64,000 bases of DNA from positions 992,001 through 1,056,000 of the forward strand of contig CAXXYH010000003.1 in NCBI GenBank assembly GCA_963677925.2, given 5' to 3'. The position numbers and the translations under genes were made by a program. Shown here piece after piece: positions 9,120 to 18,571 of this stretch. The stretch comes from Spirochaetia bacterium (lineage in GTDB: Bacteria > Spirochaetota > Spirochaetia > UBA9216). The notes beneath the pieces are model-generated. The model was not told the origin of the DNA. It made no database searches and saw nothing but the letters and a program-made list of their open reading frames with translations. The first letter of the stretch is position 1, and the number at the start of each line of letters is the position of its first letter.

Positions 9120-10376
9120 ATGAGTAAAACCTGGATCACAGGTGCCTATAACACCAAATTCGGAACATTCTCTACAAAAAACAGAGAGACCGGCGAGATT
9201 ACAGATAATTACAGTTTTTATGAACTGATTAAGGAAGCGGGTAACGGAGCCCTTGAAGATGCAGGGCTTAACCCTTCCGAAATAGATGCGATTTGGATTG
9301 GGGCCTGTTCCCCCAGTCTGTTTGTAAACCAGGAGCATATCGGCCCCCTTGGACTTGAGGTTAATCCTGATAAATTCCGCTTTCTGCCCACAACAAGAGT
9401 AGAAGGAGCCTGCGCTTCATCTTCACTTGCACTCTATAACGCAATCTACGGAATTGAATCCGGCCGGTTCAAGAGAGTCCTTGTAATCGGTGCGGAGAAG
9501 ATGTCGCTGCTGCCGACCAGGGGAGTAACACATACTCTTGCCTGTTCTTCATACTGGCCTGAGGAAGGCGCAAACGGGATGACCTTTCCAGGGCTCTTCG
9601 CTGAATATGCGAAGGGATATCGCGATCACTATAAACTGGGCGATGAGACACTTGCAGATATGCTTGCAAATGTATCTGCACTTATGTACCGCAATGCTCT
9701 TGACAACCCGCTTGCCCACTTCGGCAAAGGTGCAGTACCGGAAAAGCTGGGCCTTTTTACCGCAGAAGCCATAAAAAACCTGCCTGACGAAAAGAATCCG
9801 ATGATCGCCGAACCGCTTAGACTGCATGACTGCTCGCTGGTTACAGACGGCGCTGCAGCAGTCATTCTTACCAATGAGGAGTTCTCGAAATCTGCATCAA
9901 AGCCGGTTCATGTTGCAGGAATCGCACAGGTTACCGAAAGGCTTCCGATAAGCGTACGACCCAATATGCACGAACTGATCGCAGGGAAAAGGGCTGTAGC
10001 CCAGGCATACGGAGAAGCCGGCATCACAGCTGCTGATGTGGACATTGCCGAAGTTCATGACTGCTTTACCATCAACCAGCTGCTGTGTACCGAAGCACTG
10101 GGATTGTCTGAAGACGGCAAATCGGGTTATGAATACATGGAAGGACGCTTCGACAAGGATGACAGGTGTCCGGTGAACCTGTCCGGCGGCCTGAAGGCAA
10201 AGGGTCATCCGGTAGGGGCTACAGGAGTATCGATGCATGCACTGCTTTATAAACAGCTCTGCGGCGAACCCATCGGTGCTGCACCCTCTGCGGGTACACC
10301 TGAAACTGCTGCAGTCCTGAATGTAGGCGGTTCTGCTGTCACAAACTGTGTTACAGTACTAAGAAGGGAGAGTTAG
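9120..10376 (+). CDS. Thiolase (acetyl-CoA acetyltransferase), SCP2/HDCF-type
   Basis: RVEGACASS (Cys), DCSLVTDGAAA, EVHDCF, NLSGGLKAKGHPVGATG. Confidence 0.9.
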   Translation: MSKTWITGAYNTKFGTFSTKNRETGEITDNYSFYELIKEAGNGALEDAGLNPSEIDAIWIGACSPSLFVNQEHIGPLGLEVNPDKFRFLPTTRVEGACASSSLALYNAIYGIESGRFKRVLVIGAEKMSLLPTRGVTHTLACSSYWPEEGANGMTFPGLFAEYAKGYRDHYKLGDETLADMLANVSALMYRNALDNPLAHFGKGAVPEKLGLFTAEAIKNLPDEKNPMIAEPLRLHDCSLVTDGAAAVILTNEEFSKSASKPVHVAGIAQVTERLPISVRPNMHELIAGKRAVAQAYGEAGITAADVDIAEVHDCFTINQLLCTEALGLSEDGKSGYEYMEGRFDKDDRCPVNLSGGLKAKGHPVGATGVSMHALLYKQLCGEPIGAAPSAGTPETAAVLNVGGSAVTNCVTVLRRES

Positions 10377-10377
10377 A

Positions 10378-11388
10378 ATGGATGGAGTAATAATTGCCGG
10401 TACAGGGCTCTATGCCCCCGGTGATCCGATCTCAAATGAAGAAGTGCTTAAGCTCGCCGGTGTCGAGTTTGATGCACAGAAGATTGAAGATAAAATCGGC
10501 ATTAAAACAAGGCATATTGCACACCTCAGGGGCCTGGATGAGACTACTGCAGATTTCGCCGAAAAAGCATCAGCAAAAGCCATCGAAGCAGCAGGAATCA
10601 GTCCCGAAGATATTAATCTTTTTATAGTTGCAACAGACACCCCCGAATATATTTCGCCTGCTACTGCCATCCTTGTGCAGGGCCGGCTTCAGAAGGGACA
10701 GCGTAATACCGGAGCCTTTGATATTGCATCTTCATGCGCAAGTTTCACTTCTGCACTGGATGCTGCTGCCAGAATGACAGCCTGCGATCCTGAGATAAAA
10801 TACGCTGTTGTTGCAGGCGTGTACAATATGCCGGCTTTTTTCAGACCGGGGGACGCCTTCGGCTATTCGATTTTTGCCGACGGCGCAGGTGCAGTTGTCC
10901 TTAAAAAATGTACTGATGGTGAAGAAAACAAATATATCACCGGGCATAAACTCGCCGACGGCACCCAATGGGACTATATTGGCGTATATTCCGGCGGAAC
11001 AAGACAGCCGGTAACAAAAGAAAGACTTGATAATGATGAATGGGGGCTTCAGCTTCTTCAGCGGCTTCCGGGTGACCGTAACATAACACTCTGGCCGGAA
11101 TTCACTCTTGAGATGATTGAAAAGGCCGGATATACCGCAGATGAAATAGACCACTATATATTCACACAGATCAATGCCAGTGTGATAAAAGAAGTTATGT
11201 CCATACTTAAGCAGCCGATTGAAAAGGCTGTGATGGTGATGGATAAATACGGATATACCGGCTCCGGCTGCATTCCGATGGCTTTAGCACATGCCATATC
11301 AGAAGGAACAGTTAAACCAGGCGATAAGGTATGCACCGTAGCATCAGGCGCAGGACTCTCGGTCGCCGGGAATATTTTTGTAATCTGA
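10378..11388 (+). CDS. FabH-like (KAS III fold) protein with altered catalytic residues
   Basis: TGLYAP, DIASSCASF (Cys), FADGAGAVV, FTQIN instead of HQAN, YGYTGSG instead of GNTS, GAGL. Confidence 0.85.
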   Translation: MDGVIIAGTGLYAPGDPISNEEVLKLAGVEFDAQKIEDKIGIKTRHIAHLRGLDETTADFAEKASAKAIEAAGISPEDINLFIVATDTPEYISPATAILVQGRLQKGQRNTGAFDIASSCASFTSALDAAARMTACDPEIKYAVVAGVYNMPAFFRPGDAFGYSIFADGAGAVVLKKCTDGEENKYITGHKLADGTQWDYIGVYSGGTRQPVTKERLDNDEWGLQLLQRLPGDRNITLWPEFTLEMIEKAGYTADEIDHYIFTQINASVIKEVMSILKQPIEKAVMVMDKYGYTGSGCIPMALAHAISEGTVKPGDKVCTVASGAGLSVAGNIFVI

Positions 11389-11443
11389 CCTGAATACTTT
11401 ATTTCTGCCTTCGCGGTTCCTATAATTTAAACATCAGGAGCAA

Positions 11444-11677
11444 ATGATGGCAGACAAAAAAGATAAAGTTGTAGATAATACAGCCGGAAGGTATTATATT
11501 GATTCCGGCTGTATAGCCTGCGGCTTATGTATAAACGAAGCACCGAAGTGCTTTAAAATGACAGAAAGTGAAGACTACGCCTATGTCTGCAGGCAGCCGG
11601 AAAACGAAAAAGAAGAAGCTGACTGCGCTGCAGCGATGGAGATGTGCCCGGTTAATGCTATCGGGAATAACGGCTGA
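11444..11677 (+). CDS. Single-cluster ferredoxin
   Basis: CIACGLC...CPVNAI; AGGAG RBS. Confidence 0.9.
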   Translation: MMADKKDKVVDNTAGRYYIDSGCIACGLCINEAPKCFKMTESEDYAYVCRQPENEKEEADCAAAMEMCPVNAIGNNG

Positions 11678-11692
11678 AAGGCGGAATAATCA

Positions 11693-12442
11693 ATGTATGA
11701 ACTTATCTCACCCATTTATTCAGAACTTTTTCCTTCAGAAAATCGAAAAACTGAGTTCTGCCTTGCAGAGGCTGAACGTGCAGCAGGTGCAAGTAAGATC
11801 TGCAGAATCCTTGATGTCGGCTGCGCGGACGGAGAACTTGCAGTGCTGCTTGCAGAGGACGGACATAGAGTCACAGGGATCGACCTCAGTACCGAAATGA
11901 TTCAAGCGGCAAAGCTGAGAAAAGCAGATACAGCTGATCGGATTCGGCAACAATTAGATTTTCAAGCAGCAGGAATGAAGGATATATCCTCATTCGGAAG
12001 TTTCGGACTGATATTATGTCTTGGAAACACCCTCCCCCACCTGAGTTCTGAAGATGCAGTAAAAACTTTTTTCAAAGATACACAAAAAAGCCTTCTTACC
12101 GGAGGCATATTCATACTTCAGATTCTGAATTTTGATTTAATTTTGAAAAACAGAAATGTGTCATTTGATGAGATAAAGACAGACCGTCATATCTTCAAGC
12201 GCAGCTATGAATTTACTGCTGATGATCGTATCAACTTTCACATTTCCCTTACTGACAGAAAATCCGGAATGACAGATTCCGACAACACAAAGCTGCTGCC
12301 GTTAACCAGACAGTTTATAGAAACGGAACTTAAGGCGGCAGGCTTTGATATAATAGAAGTTTTCAGCGGTTTTGACAGAATTACAGCGGGCGGCGGTTCC
12401 GCCGGCGGGACAGAGTTTGCCAGAGTTTACCTTGCCAGATAG
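11693..12442 (+). CDS. Class I SAM-dependent methyltransferase
   Basis: ILDVGCADG, VTGIDLS, CLGNTLPHL. Confidence 0.88.
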   Translation: MYELISPIYSELFPSENRKTEFCLAEAERAAGASKICRILDVGCADGELAVLLAEDGHRVTGIDLSTEMIQAAKLRKADTADRIRQQLDFQAAGMKDISSFGSFGLILCLGNTLPHLSSEDAVKTFFKDTQKSLLTGGIFILQILNFDLILKNRNVSFDEIKTDRHIFKRSYEFTADDRINFHISLTDRKSGMTDSDNTKLLPLTRQFIETELKAAGFDIIEVFSGFDRITAGGGSAGGTEFARVYLAR

Positions 12443-12896
12443 AACTATACTCCTTCATTGCGGCGGCCTTATCAGCAATACAGACAACTAAAGCTTCTGC
12501 TGTAACTGGGGGCATAGGGGTAAGCGGAAACATATGCCGAAGAATAATATCCTTTTCAACCCTGTTAATACTGAAATATCCTGAAGCATTCCGCAGCGCA
12601 ACCATAGGGTGCCGAAAGCCGTGAAAGGGCGGGCATCCTTGATGCCAGTCATACAGATAAAAATCATGAAGCAGTGCCCCTCTGATCAGAGAAACCCGAT
12701 CAACACTGATTTTTGCGGTAATATCAAAGGCAATCTTTGCTACCTTCAGGCTGTGTGAATGACAGCTTATTGTATCATGATGCATATAATCTGCAGTCTG
12801 AAGAAAGAGCCTGTGCTCGAGTATTTCAAGGATCGACTGCTCTTCAAAAAACAACGCAGGTAATGATTTTTGTAATTCCTGGTTTCCCGCTACCAT
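12381..12896 (-). CDS. HD-domain phosphohydrolase family protein
   Basis: HSLKVA, LLHDFYLYDWH, HGFRHP, ILRHMFP, ADK. Confidence 0.85.
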   Translation of the reverse strand: MVAGNQELQKSLPALFFEEQSILEILEHRLFLQTADYMHHDTISCHSHSLKVAKIAFDITAKISVDRVSLIRGALLHDFYLYDWHQGCPPFHGFRHPMVALRNASGYFSINRVEKDIILRHMFPLTPMPPVTAEALVVCIADKAAAMKEYSSIWQGKLWQTLSRRRNRRPL

Positions 12897-13444
12897 CTGA
12901 ATATTCTGTTCAAATTCTCTTTTAACTTCTGAAGTCTCGCTTCAGTAAAAAGGGCGGAGATAACAAGATCTGTAACCATAATAAGTAAAATCATTCTGTT
13001 TAAATAGAAGGCTCCGGAATCTGCAAGTACTGATACAAAGTCTGTAAAAAACGGCAGAATGAAGCGGCTTCCGGCAATACCGATAATAACCCAGCCCATC
13101 GAATATAGAGGACAGACATAACCCATAATATTGAATCGGTTTTCGGAATAATCCCAGTACCTGCGGTCAAAAACCTTCTCAAGTAATATTCCGGCACCAA
13201 GTTCCAGCAGACTGAAGACTGTAAAATAATATACAGCAGCCGTCAGTATTCCATAATGAAAAAGAAGAACCCGGCTTAAATGCATTATCAGTCCCCCAAA
13301 ACCGTAAAGAGGCAGCCAGGGACCATGGAGCATTCCCGGATTTACAATCCTCCTTTCATACAAACTTCTGAATATAAACTCAATAATCCATCCGGTAACT
13401 GAAAACAGAAGAAAATAAATGAAAACAGAATCATCAATCCTCAT
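12890..13444 (-). CDS. Membrane protein, putative ABC permease family (DUF1113/CmpB-like)
   Basis: GWIIE, NPGMLHGPWLPLYGFG, YWDYS..FNIMGYVC motifs. Confidence 0.8.
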   Translation of the reverse strand: MRIDDSVFIYFLLFSVTGWIIEFIFRSLYERRIVNPGMLHGPWLPLYGFGGLIMHLSRVLLFHYGILTAAVYYFTVFSLLELGAGILLEKVFDRRYWDYSENRFNIMGYVCPLYSMGWVIIGIAGSRFILPFFTDFVSVLADSGAFYLNRMILLIMVTDLVISALFTEARLQKLKENLNRIFRW

Positions 13445-14020
13445 TTATTCAAAAACCTCCCGAAAACTGGAATTTCCTATAAAGGAGCGAATATAAAAAT
13501 CGATATCTGACGATACGGAATCTGAATCAAAATCAACCCCTTCTTCTGATATTTTCTTCTCAATTCCGCCTATCATGATCATAAGGCCCTCAATCAGCCT
13601 TCTCTCCTCTTCATCCCTGAGCCGTCCCCGGTCAAAAAAAGAAACAAGCCCCTTTCTGAATACAATATTCAGCTTTATTCTGAAGTCACTGATAACCGGG
13701 AGTTCTGTGCTGATTTCCTTATCTACTATAAACTTCAGCTTGTTTATAAGATTCAGTCTGGCAATAATGAGTTCTCTCAGGCTTTCAAAGAATCTGCTCT
13801 TAGCAGCGGCTTTTATCTCAATTATATGAACCATTGATTTGAGATTTTCATCCAGAACGGCCCTTATAATGCCTTCCTTGTTGCCGAAATTATTGAATAT
13901 AGTGGCACGGGAGACCGATGCTCTTGCAGCGATGTCATCGACCGCAGTTTTGGATATTCCAAACCTGTTAAAAAGATTCTCAGAGACTTTTATTACCTGT
14001 AAATAGACTTCACTCTTCAT
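13445..14020 (-). CDS. TetR/AcrR family transcriptional regulator
   Basis: LFNRFGISKTAVDDIAARASVSRATIFNNFGNKEGI HTH. Confidence 0.88.
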   Translation of the reverse strand: MKSEVYLQVIKVSENLFNRFGISKTAVDDIAARASVSRATIFNNFGNKEGIIRAVLDENLKSMVHIIEIKAAAKSRFFESLRELIIARLNLINKLKFIVDKEISTELPVISDFRIKLNIVFRKGLVSFFDRGRLRDEEERRLIEGLMIMIGGIEKKISEEGVDFDSDSVSSDIDFYIRSFIGNSSFREVFE

Positions 14021-14024
14021 ACTC

Positions 14025-14051
14025 TTAGACTAATTTAATCTAAAAGTCTAA
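14025..14051. promoter_or_regulatory. Inverted repeat just upstream of tetR, likely autoregulatory operator
   Basis: TTAGACT-N13-AGTCTAA, 4 nt from the tetR start codon. Confidence 0.5.
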
Positions 14052-14066
14052 ATAAGTAAAGTAAAA

Positions 14067-16448
14067 TTACTTCCTGTATGCCTTAATAAGTTCAGTGAAT
14101 GAATCAAAAGACAGCGGCCTGGAAAAATGGTACCCCTGGAATTCAATGTTTACACCGCTTTGTTTTATGTATTCGAATTGCTCCTCGGTCTCAACACCTT
14201 CGATTATCAGCCGCTTACCTGCGGAAATTATCATCTGTACTGCAGCATCAAAGAAACTGCAGGCTTCCGAACTCTCCGGAATTTCCAGAATAAATTCACG
14301 ATCAAGTTTTATCACCTGAAAGGGAAGCTTCCTAAGCGAGGCAAGCGAGGAATAACCGGTTCCGAAATCATCCATTGATATTATGAATCCAAGCGCCGAC
14401 AGCCGGCTTATCTTCTCAAATAAAAGATTTCGATCCCGCATAAAAGTAGTTTCAGTAATCTCAAGATGAACCTGATTAAGAGGAATACCAGCCTGCATAG
14501 CAGAATTATGAATTTTACTGATAAACGACCGGGTCTGCAGCTGAACCGGTGAAATATTGACCGAAACAAAAAGATCCGGATTCCGGCTCAGTATTTTTAC
14601 AAAATCTTCGAAGGCTTTATTGTATATCCATTCGCCGAGAACTTCCATAAGACTGGTAGTTTCTGCTATCTCAATAATATCCTGAATCGAGAATCCGCTT
14701 CCGCTGCCGTCCCATCTCAGCAGCGCCTCATATCCCGCAATTCTGTATTCCGATTCGAAGATAGGCTGATAATGAAGATAAAATTCATCCTGAACCAGTG
14801 ATTTTTTCAATGTTTCAGTTATCTGAAGTCTTACCATAGCATCTGTATTAAGTGATTCAGATGAGAAGATATAAGGTGAATCAGATTTCTTGGCATGAAT
14901 GAGGGCCAGCTCAGCATTCTTGTTCAGGACCTCTCCCGTATCACCATCGGAGGGATAAACAGCTATTCCCATATTAATTTCAATATTGATACTCATACTG
15001 TCAATTTTTAGCGGTTCTCTGAATAATCTGAGTATTTTTTCTGCAATTTTAATAACATCGCGTTCACGGCTGACTGCAGTAAGAATAACAGCAAAATTAT
15101 CGCCATTAGTTCTGAACAGTCTATCGGTTTTCCTGATCATATTTTTAATCTGGAAAAATACTATTTCAAGAACCTTATCACCCACTCTGTTTCCGTGAAC
15201 CATATTGATATCACGGAAACGGTTGATATCAATTAGCAGAAGAGAAAAGTAGACCGGCGAAGTAAATCCGCTGTAGCCCTCTGCAATAGAATCCAGAACA
15301 TCAAGATAAATCTTCCTGCTGATCACCGACAAAGCGTATTCAGGTCCGGAGAAGCGTTCATTATACCGGACCTCTGTCGTAATTTCATTTGATTCCTTGA
15401 AGATTCTCAAACTGCCGTTTGAATCACCTGTAAGCAGTGCCTTTTCCCTGATCCATTTTATGCCTTCATCTGTATTTATACGGTATTCTAATAAAAGCTC
15501 AGATTCTGGTGCAAGGCTTTTATAACTTCTGAAAACATAATCAAAATCATCTTCATGTATTGATTCCACCCAGAGTTTATATTTTTCAGCCGGCAATGTT
15601 CTGGTATTCAGCCATATTCGGTCGAAGGTGGAATTGACATATTCAATCTGTTCAGTCTCAGGATCCACGACCCAGCAGACAGCCTCTTTTTTAATGCTTG
15701 AACTTCTGAGATCAAGCTCACCTTTAATGACATTACTGAACACAGAACGTATCCACTCAACGTGTCTTCTGTGCTGGGTATGCCGGTTTCCTGTCAGTGA
15801 AAATATGATAATAAGTGCAAATGTAATAAACATTCTTATGATATTTAAAGGATTACCAAGAGGCTCAACCGTATTCAATGAAGATATAAGAAAATCATCA
15901 AAAATAAGAAAACCTGAAAAGAAAACAGATTCAACAGGAAGTTTGCCGGAATACTCGACAACCTCGAGCATATCGCTTTTTCCGCTCGATACAATTATCA
16001 GAAAGAAGGCTAAAAGAAAAAAAACATACTTAAACAGTGAGGGAATCCCCCAGCTGAGAAGAAATTCCCCGGACGGGCTGTTTGTGATGTCTACAAAATA
16101 TTGAGGTGTTAATAAAATTATCATTAAAAATGCTGCAGTCAAAGCAGAACTTATTATTTTAGCTGTTTTAATATTCGTGAAAAAAATCAGAAAAACAAGA
16201 TAACTCATAATCACAAATGATTTTATCTGATAGATATCGGGAACCGCCCATGGAGTCTCTTTAAGATAGAGCAGCGAACATGAATATACTTCCAGCAAAG
16301 AATAAACTATTGAAACAGCAAAAATTGCAATATAATGGATGTAATTCTTGTTTTTGCTTCTATAAAACAAAATTAGATATGCGGTGGCTACAAATGAAAG
16401 TATTCCAATTAAAAAAACAGGAAACAGCAAAGCAACAAGCTGGTACAT
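14067..16448 (-). CDS. Membrane-bound PAS-GGDEF-EAL protein, probable c-di-GMP phosphodiesterase
   Basis: N-terminal TM helices, PAS-like IHEDD..V, degenerate NGDNF, intact EALLRW, EITE, DDFGTGYSS, EGVE, QGY. Confidence 0.88.
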   Translation of the reverse strand: MYQLVALLFPVFLIGILSFVATAYLILFYRSKNKNYIHYIAIFAVSIVYSLLEVYSCSLLYLKETPWAVPDIYQIKSFVIMSYLVFLIFFTNIKTAKIISSALTAAFLMIILLTPQYFVDITNSPSGEFLLSWGIPSLFKYVFFLLAFFLIIVSSGKSDMLEVVEYSGKLPVESVFFSGFLIFDDFLISSLNTVEPLGNPLNIIRMFITFALIIIFSLTGNRHTQHRRHVEWIRSVFSNVIKGELDLRSSSIKKEAVCWVVDPETEQIEYVNSTFDRIWLNTRTLPAEKYKLWVESIHEDDFDYVFRSYKSLAPESELLLEYRINTDEGIKWIREKALLTGDSNGSLRIFKESNEITTEVRYNERFSGPEYALSVISRKIYLDVLDSIAEGYSGFTSPVYFSLLLIDINRFRDINMVHGNRVGDKVLEIVFFQIKNMIRKTDRLFRTNGDNFAVILTAVSRERDVIKIAEKILRLFREPLKIDSMSINIEINMGIAVYPSDGDTGEVLNKNAELALIHAKKSDSPYIFSSESLNTDAMVRLQITETLKKSLVQDEFYLHYQPIFESEYRIAGYEALLRWDGSGSGFSIQDIIEIAETTSLMEVLGEWIYNKAFEDFVKILSRNPDLFVSVNISPVQLQTRSFISKIHNSAMQAGIPLNQVHLEITETTFMRDRNLLFEKISRLSALGFIISMDDFGTGYSSLASLRKLPFQVIKLDREFILEIPESSEACSFFDAAVQMIISAGKRLIIEGVETEEQFEYIKQSGVNIEFQGYHFSRPLSFDSFTELIKAYRK

Positions 16449-16499
16449 ACTATATATTAATCAGTAATTTTATTGAGTTGTCAACTTTTTTACTTTTTT

Positions 16500-18263
16500 T
16501 TAACATTGGAGTTCAATTTTATATCTGAAAAAATCGGTATACTCAAAATCATACAAACTTCCGATCTGCTCGGATAGAATATTGACAAGCTCTATCTCCA
16601 GCAATGCCTCTGCATCGGGCTCAACTATCATCCCGCTGCTGCAGTCTGCACTTAATTCAAGAAGACACTTCCCTTCTTCTTCCATAAATTCCATTGATAT
16701 TGTAATTTTTCTGCAGGCATCCGGTTCTTTTGTTGTCTTGATGATAAGCGAAATAAGCTCATTGATAATCAATCCGCACAATATGGTTTCATTTCTGGAA
16801 AGTGAAATATCCTCAATCTTCTTGATAATCTGAATCCTGCCGGTATCAATTTTAAAAAGGCTTATAGCCGAGCTAATAAAATCATCAAGAAAACTGCTGA
16901 TATAAACCTTATCTTTTTTGAACTGCTCATTATCAACAGACAGATGAGTATAAACAATGGCCATTGCATTAATCCTGTTCTGGGTAGTGGCAAGTGCAGA
17001 ATAGGTCTCACTGGAAAGGGATTCCTGCAGCATCTGAAGATTCAATATACTGATTATTGTCTGCAGGTTATTCATTACCCGGTGCTGAATTTCAGAGAGC
17101 AGAAAGTCTTTTTCTTTTATGGACTCCGACAGCTGGAGGCTTTTTCGTTCAAGATTTTCCATAAAATGATTCAGATTTTTACCGAATTCTGCAATTTCAA
17201 GAAGCTTACCGGTCCTCACACGCAGACTTAAGTCTTCTTTATCAAGCGAATCGGACAGCATTCCTGAAAGCTGCATGATTTCATGTTCAAACAGCTTATT
17301 GGACTTGAAAATAATAATAAATATAATTGCGGCCATAATGAAGGCAACCAGGGTATCTATCATAACTACAAAGCCCAGATTACTGTTAAGTTCAGACTTA
17401 TATACCGATGTTCCGATTATCCAGTCAAAGTCCTTTACATACTTCAGGTATACTATTTTCTCACGGTATGCTGCATTTTTTGAATCACGCCACGAATACG
17501 ATGTAAATCCATCTTTTTTAGTTATAACCTCGTTTATAAAGGTTGAGAACTCCTCATCAGAGATTATCTCATCTTCCGGCTTGTCATTAAAATGGGGGTG
17601 AAAAAGGATTTTTCCTGATGAATCCAGAATATAAGGAATTACAGTACTTCCGGATATTGTAGAAAGCATAGCATTTTCTATTTCAGTAAAATCTATCATA
17701 TTGATAAACTCGTTTCGGTATCCTGATGCAGTAAGGATTAGATCAAATTCGGGCAGATACTTCATGTAAAGGCCTTTTGCCCGCGGCTCCTTCTCGTTTG
17801 TATTCCGCCAGTAATATTCGTAATACCCTTCCTTTACTGAAAGCTGATATTTAAGCGGATCTGTTTTCGACAGATCCATCCCTACGATGAAAGAGTCCGG
17901 ATGGAAGATGATGATCCCTTTAGAGTTCATTCCGTAAAAATAACCGTTTTTGCCAATATCACAGTTTAAAATACGGCTGTAAACCTTTTCCAGAGGTATG
18001 CCCTCGGCATAATCATGATAAATAACTTCTGCAGCGGAATCAACTTTGGACGCCAGATATGATCTGACTCCGGTATTAAGCATTGATTCTGTGAGGTTCT
18101 GGATAACAGTTGATGTATTCTCAATCTGCCTGATCAGGTTTCTCGCGGAGATGTTGTAAATTAATATTGTAGAGGTTGTAACGGTAATGAAAAATGGTAG
18201 AGATGCAAGAATTACAACGAGTAAAAACCTGCTCCGTATAGAATATCTGCCCTTTCCGCTCAC
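16500..18263 (-). CDS. Cache-domain sensor, HisKA_2/HWE-type histidine kinase with degenerate ATPase domain
   Basis: Two TM helices, tandem Cache motifs (GYFY..FHP, EGYYEYYW), EIQHRVMNNLQ H-box; N/G boxes eroded. Confidence 0.8.
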   Translation of the reverse strand: MSGKGRYSIRSRFLLVVILASLPFFITVTTSTILIYNISARNLIRQIENTSTVIQNLTESMLNTGVRSYLASKVDSAAEVIYHDYAEGIPLEKVYSRILNCDIGKNGYFYGMNSKGIIIFHPDSFIVGMDLSKTDPLKYQLSVKEGYYEYYWRNTNEKEPRAKGLYMKYLPEFDLILTASGYRNEFINMIDFTEIENAMLSTISGSTVIPYILDSSGKILFHPHFNDKPEDEIISDEEFSTFINEVITKKDGFTSYSWRDSKNAAYREKIVYLKYVKDFDWIIGTSVYKSELNSNLGFVVMIDTLVAFIMAAIIFIIIFKSNKLFEHEIMQLSGMLSDSLDKEDLSLRVRTGKLLEIAEFGKNLNHFMENLERKSLQLSESIKEKDFLLSEIQHRVMNNLQTIISILNLQMLQESLSSETYSALATTQNRINAMAIVYTHLSVDNEQFKKDKVYISSFLDDFISSAISLFKIDTGRIQIIKKIEDISLSRNETILCGLIINELISLIIKTTKEPDACRKITISMEFMEEEGKCLLELSADCSSGMIVEPDAEALLEIELVNILSEQIGSLYDFEYTDFFRYKIELQC

Positions 18264-18289
18264 GTTCTAATTTTAAGACCTATGTCTGC

Positions 18290-18523
18290 TTATGTAAAGC
18301 CGGTTTCTGAGGATCGGGATTTCTCAGTTCCCCCCGCTCCATCGGTGATGTAGACCGGATTGTAGCTGAATCCGGACCTGTTCATGCTGCTTATAAAACT
18401 TCGCATATGATTTCTGGAACCTTTAAGCAGAAGTCTCTCTGAAACCTTACCGGACAGCGCAGTCCCGGCGGCAGGAAATACTGTTGATATACAGATTAGC
18501 AGAAAAAAAATCCATTTCTTCAT
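18290..18523 (-). CDS. Small hypothetical protein with signal-peptide-like N-terminus
   Basis: MKKWIFFLLICISTVFPAAG; fills the gap between two same-strand genes; weak AGGT RBS. Confidence 0.4.
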   Translation of the reverse strand: MKKWIFFLLICISTVFPAAGTALSGKVSERLLLKGSRNHMRSFISSMNRSGFSYNPVYITDGAGGTEKSRSSETGFT

Positions 18524-18571
18524 ACACCTATGTATAGAAAGAAACGGATTAAAAGCAATTTAATATGTAAT

